In this document: positions 30,226-43,200 of the stretch, piece after piece | Position numbering within the stretch: position 1 is the stretch's first letter | How the letters are laid out: every line of letters begins with the position of its first letter | Source: Savitreella phatthalungensis | Taxonomy: Eukaryota | DNA length: 64,000 nt | Direction of reading: 5' to 3' | Assembly (NCBI GenBank): GCA_051599415.1 | Contig: AP039696.1 | Coordinates: 1 to 64,000, forward strand | Notes under the pieces: generated by a model | Seen by the model: the letters and a program-made list of their open reading frames with translations, nothing else | Databases searched by the model: none | What the model was told of the DNA's origin: nothing | Program-made: the position numbers and the translations under genes

Positions 30226-31608
30226 TTACTTCTTGAGAGCCTTGGTTGCAGCCTTGGTGGTCTTTCCAGATGAAGCAGCAGCAGGGGTGACCGACTTGAT
30301 GACACCGACAGCAACGGTCTGACGCATGTCACGGACGGCGAAACGACCGAGCGGAGGGAAGGTAGAGTAGGACTCGACGCACATTGGCTTGGTGGGCGAA
30401 AGCTTGGCAATGCAGGCGTCGCCAGACTTGACGAACTTGGGTGAAGCCTCCATGGTCTTTCCAGAACGACGGTCGATCTTCTCGATGAGCTCCTCGAACT
30501 TGCATGCGATGTGCGCAGTGTGGCAGTCAAGCACAGGTGCGTAACCAGCACCGATCTGTCCTGGGTGGTTGAGAATGATGACCTGCGCGGTGAAGTCAGA
30601 AACACCTGTTGGTGGCTGGTTCTTCGTGTCACCGCAGACGTTACCACGGCGGATGTCCTTGACGGAAACGTTCTTGACGTTGAAACCAACGTTGTCTCCA
30701 GGAAGGCCCTCTGGGAGGGTCTCGTGGTGCATCTCGACAGACTTGACTTCAGTGGTGACGGCAGACGGGGCGAAGGTCACGACCATACCAGCCTTGATGA
30801 CACCAGTCTCGACACGGCCGACAGGCACGGTGCCGATACCACCGATCTTGTAAACGTCCTGGAGGGGCAGACGAAGCGGCTTGTCAGAAGGACGAACCGG
30901 TGGCTCGATGGCATCAATGGCATCGAGCAGGGTAAAGCCCTTGACAGTGTTGCCGCCCTTGACCTGCTTGGTCCAGCCCTTGAACCAGTCCATGTTAGCA
31001 GACTTCTCAATCATGTTGTCACCAGCCCAGCCAGAAATCGGGACGAAAGCCACGGTGGCAGGGTTGTAGCCGACCTTCTTGACGAAGTTGGAGGTCTCCT
31101 TGACAATCTCCTCGAAACGAGACTCGGAGTACTTGGTGGTGTCCATCTTGTTGACGGCGACAATGAGCTGACGAACGCCGAGGGTGAAGGCGAGCAGAGC
31201 GTGCTCACGAGTCTGGCCATCCTTGGAGATACCGGCCTCGAACTCACCCGTTCCACCAGCAATGATGAGGATAGCGCAGTCAGCCTGCGAGGTACCGGTG
31301 ATCATGTTCTTGATGAAGTCACGGTGTCCAGGAGCATCGATGACGGTAACGTAGTACTTGGGGGTCTCGAACTTCCAGAGAGCAATGTCGATGGTGATAC
31401 CACGTTCACGCTCAGCCTTTAGCTTGTCGAGCACCCATGCGTACTTGAAGGAACCCTTGCCGAGTTCAGCAGCCTCCTTCTCGAACTTCTCGATGGTACG
31501 CTTGTCGATACCACCGCACTTGTAGATCAGGTGGCCGGTCGTGGTCGACTTGCCGGAGTCGACGTGGCCGATGACAACGACGTTAACGTGAGCCTTTTCC
31601 TTGCCCAT
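30226..31608 (-). CDS. TEF1: Translation elongation factor 1-alpha
   Basis: [30 protein letters not shown] and NKMD. Intronless CDS with strong codon bias. Confidence 0.99.
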   Translation of the reverse strand: MGKEKAHVNVVVIGHVDSGKSTTTGHLIYKCGGIDKRTIEKFEKEAAELGKGSFKYAWVLDKLKAERERGITIDIALWKFETPKYYVTVIDAPGHRDFIKNMITGTSQADCAILIIAGGTGEFEAGISKDGQTREHALLAFTLGVRQLIVAVNKMDTTKYSESRFEEIVKETSNFVKKVGYNPATVAFVPISGWAGDNMIEKSANMDWFKGWTKQVKGGNTVKGFTLLDAIDAIEPPVRPSDKPLRLPLQDVYKIGGIGTVPVGRVETGVIKAGMVVTFAPSAVTTEVKSVEMHHETLPEGLPGDNVGFNVKNVSVKDIRRGNVCGDTKNQPPTGVSDFTAQVIILNHPGQIGAGYAPVLDCHTAHIACKFEELIEKIDRRSGKTMEASPKFVKSGDACIAKLSPTKPMCVESYSTFPPLGRFAVRDMRQTVAVGVIKSVTPAAASSGKTTKAATKALKK

Positions 31609-32229
31609 GATGTTCAATGTGTTGGATAATGAGAAACGGTCAGGTCGACTTGATATACTGTAAGTAGGTGTGTCGGTGAGTCTAACCGGCCATAGGACAC
31701 TGTGGTCACAGAGAATGAAACAATCGGCACTGACAGAATGTGGCCAGGGTCACAGGTGTCCACCATCGCACCCTTCCAAGAGCATATCTGCGATCGTGAG
31801 AATTGCAAAAGCTAACATATCGACAGCATCCAGATAGGGTGACTGTGCCACATCATGCCAGCCAGCACAATAGAATTTGGAAGAATGAAAAAATTTGTTC
31901 TCGATTAGTGGCGAAATCGGGAAAATTCACTCTAGATCAATGCATGCTTCACAAGAATTGAATCCAGCATTATACGCTAGGAGTCCACTACAGGGATGGC
32001 ACTGTATCCGTAGACACTGTACAGAATTGATCTGCCTCACAGCTGACATGCGAAGCGATGCATTCTGGTGTACCAGTGGATACCATGATCATGAATGACT
32101 CGAATCAAATCAAGTCAGGCACAGAACAATTCTGCAGCCACCTGATTAATATGATCGTGGCATGGCTACCATACACCGAGCACAGCACGAGCACTCTCTC
32201 TGAGCATTAGAGCTTCAAACCAACGAAAA

Positions 32230-32272
32230 TTGATTCATTGATTGATTGATTGATCGATTGATTGATTGATTG
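32230..32272. repeat. (ATTG)n imperfect microsatellite
   Basis: attgattcattgattgattgattgatcgattgattgattgatt. Confidence 0.85.
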
Positions 32273-33392
32273 CTCGATCGATATAGTTTTCAGCCTTTGC
32301 AGTCAGTGACTTGGTTCCATTCACGGCCCTCCAAACTTCACTCCATGCACCCGGGCCATATATGTTTCAATGTACAGTGTATTTCCGGAAAAGAACAATT
32401 GACCAGCGAGCTTCCATGCTGGCTGCGTGGCAAACTAATCAACAGGGTAGCACTAGTCGAATATACCAATATGCAATGCACGCTATACTAGCGCGCACCC
32501 GTTCGTGCTGGCGATGAACTTCGTCGCATCCAGACTGAATTCTTATCGTCTGCGGACTGCGCTGTGAATTGCCTGAGTGAGCGACAACCCGCACCGATGA
32601 AGAAATTGGGAAATAAAAGTTGCAAGTCGGCTTCAGCTGGATACTTCAGGCAGCGCAAGCGTCTCAGCTGTACCGTGTTACTATCGAAGAAGTTCCGTGA
32701 ATAGCGGTCCTCTGCGTGGACAAATTGTATGACTGCATGCATTTCATCAGTCAGATGACAGCACCAAAGTCGACCATGGTTTCCACGATCACAAACCGAG
32801 GCCAGTGCAAATCACGACGTCTATCCTTGAAGTTCTGAACCCATGGCTGGTCTGTGCCGACTTGTCAATGCGAATCAAGCACAGCGCGGAGGCCGCTGAA
32901 ACGACTGAAGGACATCTCAGCGAATGCCTAAGCATCCTGAACCATCATTTGGCATCTTGGCAGAACGAATGCATGAAAGGCCGTTTTGCACGGGCTTTCA
33001 CAGCAAGGATAGAGATATGCAGCGTGCTCCTTGGAATGGAGCTCTGTGCGCCGATACCCAGACCGATGTGATGCAAAACATGAGCCAGACGCTCGCACGG
33101 AATGCATGTATAGAGCGACTATGTTATGATGTTCTGAAGTTGGGTTGAGATCGGCGGTCGTCCACACTCCGAAACAATTTGTGGCAAAGACATGCGCCCT
33201 CGCTGTCTGCTCCAACAGCATACGCCCAAGACTTATGGTACTATGCATGACAAGAGGCCGCAAGCAACAGCCTGCATGGCTGCTTGAGCAACTCCTAATC
33301 AAATGATGTATGTATTGACGGTCACGATAAAATGAGGATGTGCATACGTGTAATGGTGGCAGCAAAGCCGCCGAAGTTCAAATAGGATCGAT

Positions 33393-36068
33393 TTAATCAG
33401 TGACCTCATCAGCTGTTTCGTCCGAGTCGCTGCTCTCGTTTGTCAATATCGAAGCGCTTGCATTGTCCATCGGGACTTCGGCAATGTTGAGCTTGTCGAG
33501 CGCCATCGTCGCATTGTGTGTTTCTCCATCTATATCTTTCACTTCATCCTGTTGGTTGACTACGTCAGCCTGCAGCCGATCGACGCTCGTGGCGAAGCGC
33601 TGTAGACCCCGACGAGACGTAGCATCCGAACAAGCATTCGTGCAGCGATCAGCCGCCGCGGCTAAAGACTGTAGGGTTTCGATTGGCAGCGTTGGTGGCA
33701 AATAGCATCGATTCAAGGCCGAGACTAATGCACGGTATTCTTCGCGAGGAGGATCGCTTAGGTGTAAGCGCTTCAGCAACTCATTCGCGACGCTCAATTG
33801 AATGTCATCATCTGTGCCAGGCTCTCCGGTCGAACTGAATGATTGTACTGCGTTGCGCGAGACGAGCTTCAGTGGGTTCGTCCAGTCAAGCAGCTGCGCC
33901 GCCACAGCTGATAGAGATAATCCTTCCCCATCTGTCATGGCAGCTTCATCTCCATCTTCAGAGAATCGTCTCCGCTGCTTTGCAACGCGCTTGAGCACAG
34001 GCACGACGACTGTAGCAAGAGAGCGCATATTGGCCGGCGAAGACAATGCGAAGCACGGGAAAAAGTAAGTCAGCGCTTGTCGCAGTGCCGGCCTGTCTGC
34101 TGAGGCGGAGTCGTAGTACAGACCACACATTTCCTTCAGGAGACCAACAGCGTTCTCAGTCCCGGGCACAATTCTGCCAAAGAGAAGTAATTTTGAGCAA
34201 GCAAGAGCAGCGGTAGCTTGAACATCTTCGCTGTCTGAGCTGAACGCTTTGAGATACACACGTAACAACGCGGTTTCACGATCCTCCACGAGTGATGGCT
34301 GACACAGCATTATGTCCGTCACGATCCGCAATGCAGTGACTTGCAGCTCGTCGTCCCCGCGAGCATAGCATACCATGAACATTTCGAGCGATTCCAAAGC
34401 AATTTCTGCATCGAGTAAAGAGACCAGGCCGAGGCACTCGATCGCCTTCTCTCGAACGGGCGCCTGGTGTGATCGAATCGCTGGCTGAATCACCGATCCT
34501 ATCAAGCTTTCGAGTGCAGCATTGCTCTTCGGACTGCTGCCCACATTCGCTAGCAGTGTCGCGACGATGCCGAGGCATTTCAGGGTAATCATGAAGCGTC
34601 GGGCTGCAAGCGTATCATCATCGTCATGCGATACGTCGGCTGTGGCCGCTGGAGCAGCCGTGCTACTTTCTTCGTCCGCTGAGGAACTTGCAATCTCGGA
34701 GACCTCCAGTTTGTCGAAAAGATCAGTCACGACCTCTCGTACAAGCTCAGCATACTCGTGCTCACTGAACGTCAGCTTAGCCAGGAGCTCTGTGGCGACC
34801 ACGACTATCGTGTCGCTCAGGTCGTGTCGCAATATCTCACGCACATTCGAAACGATCCGACGTCGGCCGATTTCATCGCTGAGGTCGTAGCGGCTGACGA
34901 GCCGTAGAAGGTTCTCGACCACGAATTCCGCTTCCGCTTTGTCTTCGTCTTCGAGCCGCATCGCCTGCGCAACATGCTTATTGATAAGGGAAGAGATCGT
35001 GGAGAGTTCTGGCAGCCTGTCGGCAATATCTATCGATTGCTTCGCGCAATAATCGTTCAGGCAACGGACAAGGAAAGATGATTCTGGGTTCAGTTCCTGC
35101 CAGAAATTGTCGTCGAGCACGAATGCCTGAATGAACTCGTATCGGGTTTCGAAGAATGCGTTGACTGCGTCTTCGCTGACAACTGAATTAGTCACGTCAA
35201 GACGCTGGAGTAGCTCGAGGATTGATCCACCTGCGAGATTCAGCCAGTCCACACCAAACATTCGTTGAGCGGCGTGACGAACGTTTTCGTCTCGATCTCT
35301 CAAGCCCCATTTGAGCAGCTTATTGCGCTTTGAAATCGAAAGGGGTTTGAAACCGTTTACAGCGGGCATGACGGTCGTGTAGATCTGCTTGCGCAGCACC
35401 GAATCAGTATCCCTGGCCCTTTCGAGCAGGAAGGGCAGTGTTGCACTGGATTGGTTGAGATGCGTGAGGACTGCCCGCCGGACTTCTGCAGCAGGATCAT
35501 GCTGCAGCAGGTGAAGGAGGACTTCGCTGATCTTTTCCGCGCTTTCGTCTTCACTGTCGTCAGCATCGTCGGAGAGGTCGGCCTGAAATCTCGCTAGGGC
35601 AATGACGGCTTGGACGCGAACGCTGGCCTCCTTGTCACGGACGCGTTTGACCAGGGCGGTCTGCAGGGCCTCGAACAAGTCTTCGTCAATCTCGGATAGA
35701 CCGGAAGACATGATATACGCCAGTCCCTGTGTACATCTGTATCGGACGGACTTGTCCCTCGCCTCAAGACCTCTCATGAGATGCTGCACGACGCGTTTGC
35801 TAAAATCGCCGAATAGTGTAGCCTCTCGCGATCCTTCGGGCGCCTCAAGCAAGGAGATGAAGAGAGCTGTGAAGCGCATGACCCGATCGGCGCTGTTGTC
35901 TGTGCGCTTGCTCAGAAGAGCATGGTTCAGGCAGTTCAGGTAATGACGCGTGAAACCTGAGGTCTGCAGAAGATGCTGCTTCAAAACGACAGCATTCTTG
36001 CGCGACGATCTCGTCTGCTGTACCTCGTGAAGCACCTCAGTGACGACATCACGAGCTGGCGCTACCAT
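33393..36068 (-). CDS. YCG1: Condensin HEAT subunit Ycg1/Cnd3 (CAP-G)
   Basis: EARDKSVRYR, RVRDKEASVRVQAVIAL, DPAAEVRRA, ERARDTD, DEIGRR and LRQALTYFFP motifs. Confidence 0.92.
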   Translation of the reverse strand: MVAPARDVVTEVLHEVQQTRSSRKNAVVLKQHLLQTSGFTRHYLNCLNHALLSKRTDNSADRVMRFTALFISLLEAPEGSREATLFGDFSKRVVQHLMRGLEARDKSVRYRCTQGLAYIMSSGLSEIDEDLFEALQTALVKRVRDKEASVRVQAVIALARFQADLSDDADDSEDESAEKISEVLLHLLQHDPAAEVRRAVLTHLNQSSATLPFLLERARDTDSVLRKQIYTTVMPAVNGFKPLSISKRNKLLKWGLRDRDENVRHAAQRMFGVDWLNLAGGSILELLQRLDVTNSVVSEDAVNAFFETRYEFIQAFVLDDNFWQELNPESSFLVRCLNDYCAKQSIDIADRLPELSTISSLINKHVAQAMRLEDEDKAEAEFVVENLLRLVSRYDLSDEIGRRRIVSNVREILRHDLSDTIVVVATELLAKLTFSEHEYAELVREVVTDLFDKLEVSEIASSSADEESSTAAPAATADVSHDDDDTLAARRFMITLKCLGIVATLLANVGSSPKSNAALESLIGSVIQPAIRSHQAPVREKAIECLGLVSLLDAEIALESLEMFMVCYARGDDELQVTALRIVTDIMLCQPSLVEDRETALLRVYLKAFSSDSEDVQATAALACSKLLLFGRIVPGTENAVGLLKEMCGLYYDSASADRPALRQALTYFFPCFALSSPANMRSLATVVVPVLKRVAKQRRRFSEDGDEAAMTDGEGLSLSAVAAQLLDWTNPLKLVSRNAVQSFSSTGEPGTDDDIQLSVANELLKRLHLSDPPREEYRALVSALNRCYLPPTLPIETLQSLAAAADRCTNACSDATSRRGLQRFATSVDRLQADVVNQQDEVKDIDGETHNATMALDKLNIAEVPMDNASASILTNESSDSDETADEVTD

Positions 36069-37003
36069 TATCAGCAGTGCGTGGGACGTCAGATACTGGA
36101 TTGTTTATTTTGAGTAAGTCCTCGAAAGACGCTAGAGGTGGACCACGTGCGACTGTGTCTTCCACAGTGTCTTACCTCAAATGAAAATAAACAAACCAGA
36201 TCAACCTTTGGACACGTCGAAATGCATGTGCCGCGCGTTCTATGTTTGATCGTATTCATCTAGCTAGATTTCACTACCGGATGCAAGGATTGCTCGCACA
36301 AGCTCGAGCTGTGTCGAAACGATGATATTATCGATCTCCGACCTATATAATTCGAGGAAGTATGTAAATTAATGGGCAGATTGGATTGATTGAATTCCTT
36401 GTCAATATCGGTAGGAATAAGAAGATCTCTGATCATTATCGATAAAATCGTAGGACTCATTAAGGCGAAGCCCGGCCAATTTCCTTTGCTGAAATCCTTG
36501 TCATGAGTCCAATAAACTTTTGTGAATCGCTCTCGAGGGATGTTGATGTTTTGGTTTTCTAAGGGCTATTGCTCATGCATTCCTTCAAAATTGGCTGTGA
36601 AGGGCAATTTGTGCATCTGATTGAGGACCAGGGTCAAAGTCTAGAAATGCACGGGTTCGCCAGCGCTTGTGAGGGTGTCTGTCGTGGAAAGTCAGCTTGC
36701 CAGTCAAGAGTCTTGGAGGATCGAGCAATACGCGAGTCAGTGAACTGGATCCGATACAGACGGAATCTCTCAGACTTTAGGCTATTTGCTGTCACAGCCA
36801 GAGTTTGGGATTCTGTTCTCCCCATCATTGCCTAAGAAAGATTCGACAGCCATCTAGGCGCGCCGGTCTTACGCAGGGCTCGGCGTAGGGACCGGTGGCT
36901 ATACACAATACATGCTCTTGGTGCAGGTCAAAGTGTTCCCATGCTAGAGTTGTATTCGAGTTCCAAACGCGTTATTCTGTTCTATTGAGGACATATCGCC
37001 AAG

Positions 37004-38602
37004 ATGCATCGCTTTTATAACGAACAGCTACCTGCGTCAAGACTGAAAGTCTTCGATCGGAGGAGTGCCGGAAAAGAGTATCTTCCTGCTGATGCTCTGC
37101 CGCCAGGGGCCATCGTGACACCGGGAACAAATCCGATCATCCAGGTTGGCACACGCGAGGACGGCACACCGATCTTCAAACGTAGGCGTGGAAGGCCGCC
37201 AAGGCAGCAAAGCGCGACTCCGATTCCGCTTGAGCCGGTGCAAGAGGTGCGTGGAGTGCGCGAAATTGGACCTATATCAGACTCAAATGCGCCAACCTCC
37301 CTGAATGGGGACAGCACAGGCCATCTGAGCCACGCCCATCGCGGGCAAACGACGTCGGTTACGAACAGCAAGCGCGATTGGTATTCTGGAATCTCGATAC
37401 CTCCGCCAGGGCTTGAAGAACCCCTGCTTCCCGATGCGGAAGATGACCATCGTGCAGCGGTCGAGAGGTCACAAGAGCATGGAGAACCCGATCGCTCGGA
37501 GGAAGAAAACGAGCGATGGCAACTGCTTTCTTCATTTGGCGATGTTGTCTTCCATCTACCGATAGAGCTGTACAGATCGTGCGCTTTTATCAGGAAAACC
37601 AATTCCGAGTACATGTGCAGAGTTCAGCAAATGGATAATCTTTGCCTAGATCTACAGGGCCCGATAGAAGAATCGCAGGCCGTGCTGGTCCGACAGACAG
37701 TGCTTAGATTGGCACGAGCGGCTAAAGAAGATAGACAGGAGGCCGTCGCCGAAATCTTCAAGCTGCAGAATGCCGTGGAGACGCAAATAAGTTCGCTCTG
37801 CTCAGAGATTGAACGCCTTGAGGGTCCGAAGGGCAACGACGGAAAGCCACTAGAGCCCGCAAGGATCGCGGCATCAGAATCGACACCTATATATGTTAAG
37901 CCGAAGATTCACAGCTCACCGCATATCCGACTTAAAGTCATCCCACCTCAAGCACCCGTCGAACCCGATCGCTCTGTAGTGCGCAAACGTGGGCGCCGGG
38001 ATGAGGGCCCAGTCGATCCACTTGTCTCTTCTCCACTGCGCAAACGTACTGTCAGAGAAGCGCGATCGATGCCGGAAGGACACGATGTCATCAGCACGAC
38101 GGTTTCGTCGGCGCCTGAAGAGCCGGTAGCAGCTTTAATTGGCGTATCGCTTCCTCGTCTTCGGGAACGAGTCCCAGAGCACGAGAGGCCTCTCGATGTC
38201 CCTATCGACGACGACGAACCTCTCTATTGCTATTGTCAACGTGTCTCGTTCGGCAAGATGATTGCATGTGAGAACGAGCAATGTCAAGGTGGCGAGTGGT
38301 TTCACTTTCCTTGCCTTGGCATCAATACCGCACCTCATGGAAAATGGTATTGCGATACCTGTCGGAAGCTTGGCATCGATCGTGTGGCGAATACAAAGCT
38401 GCTGACGAGATCGCATCGTGCGCCACTGACAGCTGATTCGGAGACCACAAGAAACGAGGCAGTTCAGGACAATACTTCAGTTACCCCCCGTCAAAAGGCT
38501 CAGCTTCGCAGAGATGCAGCATTAGAGAAGCGCGATCGCATTCGTCACGAGAATCGCGAGCGCGAGCGCTTACGGAGACTTCGGCTGAAGTCTCGGCGCT
38601 AG
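37004..38602 (+). CDS. ING-family PHD-finger chromatin protein with an AT-hook-like motif
   Basis: ING-type [21 protein letters not shown]...WFH..C...KWYC, ING N-terminal helix ([12 protein letters not shown]), and KRRRGRPPR. Confidence 0.8.
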   Translation: MHRFYNEQLPASRLKVFDRRSAGKEYLPADALPPGAIVTPGTNPIIQVGTREDGTPIFKRRRGRPPRQQSATPIPLEPVQEVRGVREIGPISDSNAPTSLNGDSTGHLSHAHRGQTTSVTNSKRDWYSGISIPPPGLEEPLLPDAEDDHRAAVERSQEHGEPDRSEEENERWQLLSSFGDVVFHLPIELYRSCAFIRKTNSEYMCRVQQMDNLCLDLQGPIEESQAVLVRQTVLRLARAAKEDRQEAVAEIFKLQNAVETQISSLCSEIERLEGPKGNDGKPLEPARIAASESTPIYVKPKIHSSPHIRLKVIPPQAPVEPDRSVVRKRGRRDEGPVDPLVSSPLRKRTVREARSMPEGHDVISTTVSSAPEEPVAALIGVSLPRLRERVPEHERPLDVPIDDDEPLYCYCQRVSFGKMIACENEQCQGGEWFHFPCLGINTAPHGKWYCDTCRKLGIDRVANTKLLTRSHRAPLTADSETTRNEAVQDNTSVTPRQKAQLRRDAALEKRDRIRHENRERERLRRLRLKSRR

Positions 38603-38837
38603 ACTCCTGTAAATCAAGAATGACATCTCGAACGTATAGAGGCACCATATGCCGTCTAATCGGACTGTAGAGCTCATTTGTTGTACTAAAATCCGTATTT
38701 ATTTGAGTGCATGGTGTATGACGTACATACGTAAACACGTCTGTATCTGTCTAACGACTACAAATACTGTTCTGACCGGGCCCGAAATGTCGCTGGTTGA
38801 TAAGCTCGCATGCGCTTGAAGCATTTCATGCTCCTCG

Positions 38838-39836
38838 ATGTCACCTCTGGCACAGTCTGAGCTGGACGCTTTGCGGACAAAAGGCTATGTGGCGCTTTCG
38901 TCTGATCGACTAGGACACTGTACAGGTTTGTTCGCAGCTGCGAAGGAATTCTTCGAGCAGCCCGAGGACTCAGAGGATAAGTGTCGCTACGCAGCGACTA
39001 GTGGTCCCACTGCTAGCGAGGAGGGTTACTTGCACGTCCTTGGCGAGAAACGGCTTTTCACAGTAAAACGCGCAAGCGAGACTGCTCATTCGTTACGCAG
39101 ACCAGCGGCAATCTGTTGGTCCGCGGCCGGTGACCTCCTGTTACAAATTGCCAGGCAAATTGCGAGCGATATGCACTTCAGCAGCGACTGCTTCGATAAG
39201 ATGATTGTGCCGTGTATGACCCTGCATGAGCAATTGGCAACTCCAAGCCTCTTGCGTCTGTTTCGATACGACAGACCAGACCATGACAGCCTCGCAAAGC
39301 TCACAGCTGAGCCGCATCGTGATCTAGGACTGCTTACAGTCGTGTTCGGATCATCCGCAGGGCTCGAAGCTTGGGATCCGTGTAATAGGCAATGGGATAC
39401 ACTCGGGGGACCCTCGAGCACGACCGTTACCGTGCTTGTGGGCCAGACACTGCGCTACCTCACGCATGGCACTTACATGGCGGGCACACACCGCGTGCTT
39501 TGCAAGCCCGTGCTTTCTGGCACTATTGACGAGCAGCTGCATCGATACTCCATCGTCTTCGCCCTGCGTGGCTACGAAGCGCCGCTACACCTACGACAAT
39601 ATACATCAGACTTGACTGGGGATTTCTCAGCAGCTGACTACGATTTACTCGACGGCAAGCCGGCAACTGTGCTATTGCGGCGCATCTCCTCGCAACACTT
39701 CAATATTAATGCCGATCGCGCAACAAGGGAAGCACAACGCCATCATGTGGTAGAACGCGTATGCGGCAGGATCTACGAAGCACCATTAGGACCTCCAACA
39801 TCGCATGCATCGCCATTGCTTTCCCATAATCTTTGA
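38838..39836 (+). CDS. 2-oxoglutarate/Fe(II) dioxygenase (IPNS/DIOX-like)
   Basis: HxD (PHRDLG), distal His (THRV), RxS (RYS) and LLRLFRY. Confidence 0.85.
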   Translation: MSPLAQSELDALRTKGYVALSSDRLGHCTGLFAAAKEFFEQPEDSEDKCRYAATSGPTASEEGYLHVLGEKRLFTVKRASETAHSLRRPAAICWSAAGDLLLQIARQIASDMHFSSDCFDKMIVPCMTLHEQLATPSLLRLFRYDRPDHDSLAKLTAEPHRDLGLLTVVFGSSAGLEAWDPCNRQWDTLGGPSSTTVTVLVGQTLRYLTHGTYMAGTHRVLCKPVLSGTIDEQLHRYSIVFALRGYEAPLHLRQYTSDLTGDFSAADYDLLDGKPATVLLRRISSQHFNINADRATREAQRHHVVERVCGRIYEAPLGPPTSHASPLLSHNL

Positions 39837-40242
39837 GCAATCGCAGCCCATGGCTGATGTGTCGCAGCACAGCGTGTGCTGAGAGGCTCGTCTAACGCAC
39901 CGTTCGCCGGCCGGCTACACGCTACACTGGCTTGACCGAATCATAAGCCGATATTTGTAACTTTCATCTGCAAACTAATTATCTCGAGGCCAGTTGGGAG
40001 AATCAAGAAGTCGCCGATTGTGTCACGCCGATCGAGTCAATAGATGTGCACGTCACGGTCGAGCCTGTGTGCAGATCGCCAGACGTCGCCGCTTATGGAG
40101 AATATTCAATTCCAGTGAATATGCACGATCCATGAATGCTGAAGAAAAAAGTTTATGCCTGTAGTCAAGTATGACAGCACCACTTCCGTGACCTCCTGGC
40201 AGAGCAGTGTTTTCGACCTACAGACCGAGTTATTCGAGCTCG

Positions 40243-43200
40243 ATGTCTCAAGGACGATCTACAGAGAGTTCTGCAAATACTGTACAGGGCGCAGTGCAAC
40301 CTCAGGAGAATCAGCAAGCTCGTAAAGCGGAGGAGGAAGCTGCTTCGAGCGATGTTTCCGCTGTAATGCAGATCACCATCACACTACCACATACAGACTC
40401 GAAGCCCCTTTCGATTCAAGTTGGCGGCAGTGAGACAGTCAACGACATTCGACAGTGCATCACGGACGTGCCCTCCACGGCTATCTACACGGCATTTCAC
40501 TTTGAGCACGAGGGAAAAGTGCTTGATGATTTGACCGAGGTTGGCTCCCTAAGCCTCAGGGATCAAAGCGAATTAGTCCTCGTGGAGGATCCCTACAATG
40601 AGCGTGATGCCCGCATTCACCTTGCCCGCATGGTTGATCTCCTTTCCGGTAACAAAGATGTCGGTCCAGGTGGCAAAACGCTATATGATTGCTTACGCCA
40701 CGACAGCACGGCGGTTCCACTGCTTAGCGCCCGTGTTGCAGAGCCAACAACGAAATTGTCAGAGATGCATGTCAGCGTTCCAAAGTGTTTGCGATCTATA
40801 AGCTTGTCTGGCTGGAATCCTGCACCAGCTCAACGACGCCTCCGTGGTGACCTCTTCTATATTCTGGTCGAGACCCTGGAAGGCGACCTATTTCACATTT
40901 CGGCCACCAACGCAGGATTCCATCTTAATGGCAGTGGTAGCACAACTTTCGATCCGCTCCCTACGTCAGAGACTCATCATTCACTTGTGCGTCTCTTGAG
41001 AAGCCTCAGTGCGAATTTCAGGGCGAATTTTGAACATCTACTGACCTACATGGGTTCACGAGAACCCCTTCTGACCACGCCGCTTGTAACTGCAAGGCCT
41101 GCACAGGCTTGGATTGGCAAGCCAGATGATGTGCAAATTTCCGCGTTGGCTGTGCAACGACCTTGGCTCGAGCGCGGTTTCGAGAACAACGACTCCCTCC
41201 GTGATTGGAACGAGGAAATCCAGAATACGCGTGAGCTGCCTGTTACTTCTCTGACGGAGAGAGTCTCGCGTGCGAGATTGCTGCACAAAACGCTTTTTGA
41301 CTACTCCCTGGCCGCAATCGAGGGAGCTGAGCTGCTCGTCAAAGGCGAACTTTCAGCTCTCAACCCCGGAGAAAATGCGGCGGCACAAATGTACATTTAC
41401 AGCAACATTTTCTTCAGCCAGGGTCTTGACGGTGTCGGCACTTTCCATCGCGAGGGCGGAGACTTCGCTGCTCACAAGGCTGTAGCTCTCGATGTCAATG
41501 GTGTTCGAACAATTTCAGCTGTGGACGTGGACGGTCTTTCGGTTCTTGGAACTTGTATCGTCGATATTGCCGGCAAGCGAGTGGTTGCGCAGAGCATTGT
41601 GCCTGGAATCTTCAAGCAGCGACCAGAGGACGAATCACAAATTGTGTACGGTGGCGTAGACGGTCGGGACGTGGTTGCGACGGATGCCGGCTGTGAAGCT
41701 CTGTTTGCTAAAGCAGCATCAGCGCTGCATCTTCGTCGGCACGCAGTTTTCGAGACCAAGGACGACGTTCGCAAAGAGCTTGAGCTGAGTATCGAAACCA
41801 AGGGACTTGCCGGTGCTGATGGGCGCTTTTATGTCTTGGATCTTTACACCCTTACGCCTGTCGATATCCGTTTCCTTGAATCAGAGTGCATTGAGCGCAA
41901 TGAGACCGAATATGATCTGACTGCCGGAGAGACAGCGCATTTCGGCACGGATAAGTATCCGCACAGGTTCGTCAATTTCCGCCAAGAATTTGTGCAAGGG
42001 TACTGGGAGCTCAAGCTGAATGAGTATGTGCGCGACAAGATTCGAGAAGATCAACAGGAAGAGCCAACCAACGACACAGAGGAGAAGCGAAAGGTCGATC
42101 TTTCCGGCTTCAATCTTAGCTTTAACCCGGATACTTTCCTGCTACGGGTACCAACGGATGAATCTTCAGTCGACAAGGCTGCTCGCGAACGAGACGAGAT
42201 TCTTGTTCGCGAGATGTCGGCTCATCTATGGGAAGCTGTCATACCCCAGTTTGTTGCAGACGTAAGCGACAGTCGATTGCAGTGCCCGATCGACGGTGAG
42301 TCGCTTTGCAAGCTGCTTCATAGACGAGGTATCAACCTTAGATATCTTGGAGCGGTTGCCGAACTTGCCGAGAAGAAGGGCGCCTCGATCAGCAAGGCCC
42401 GGACCTTGCTGTCTATCGCGCAACGCAGCATTATATCGCGTGCAGTTAAACACGTGCTGCGGCAAGCAGCACGAGACGTCCCATATGGTCTTATGTCTGA
42501 CTTATACGCTCATCTACTCAACGGAGTGTTCAACAGCGCAACTACAGCACACGCGGCTGATTCGCTAGAGAGACTATATCAGACCAAAGTCGCCGCCTTC
42601 CGCTGGCTGCATGAAGAGTTTGTCATACGCATCAGGTCTACAGCGAAACAGCTCTATCGATACGACCTCCCGCAGGATTGGGCAGAAGAACAACGTGGAC
42701 TTCCTCTCCTACGCGAGATCTGTTTGCAGCTGGGCATAAAAATCCAAGCTAGAGCCTACTTCACATCTCAGCCAAACAACACGAGCGAGCAGGAGGTAGT
42801 TGGACCGCTCGTGCAGACCAGGACCAAGAAGGGCAAGGCGTTCAAGGAGTCTTCAGCGCCCAAAGCGACATCGAAGCTGCGCACTGGCATGTTCGAAGCC
42901 GCCGATATTCTTGACATCATTCCCCGCGTCAAGGAATCGTCACCTCGCTCAGGTATTGCGGAAGAGGCTCTAGAGGTCGGACGTCTCCACATCGCTGAAG
43001 GACAGAAAGACCTCGGTATTGAGCTCGTGCGTGAATCCATCTCGTTGCATGAGCAGATTTACGGAGTCCTGCATCCTGAGACAGCGAGGGCCTACAATCA
43101 GGCCGCAATGATCTGGAGCAATCTTGACCAACCTGCCTTGGCGCTTGATTTTGCGCAAAAGGCTGTCATTGTTAGCGAGCGAACTGTTGGTCTCGATAAC

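Noticed and set aside
30511..31422. 303-aa antisense ORF over TEF1
   Set aside because: Expected shadow of strong codon bias in a highly expressed gene.
31620..33390. Short ORFs in the TEF1-YCG1 spacer
   Set aside because: No motifs or consistent frame; treated as promoter/UTR DNA.
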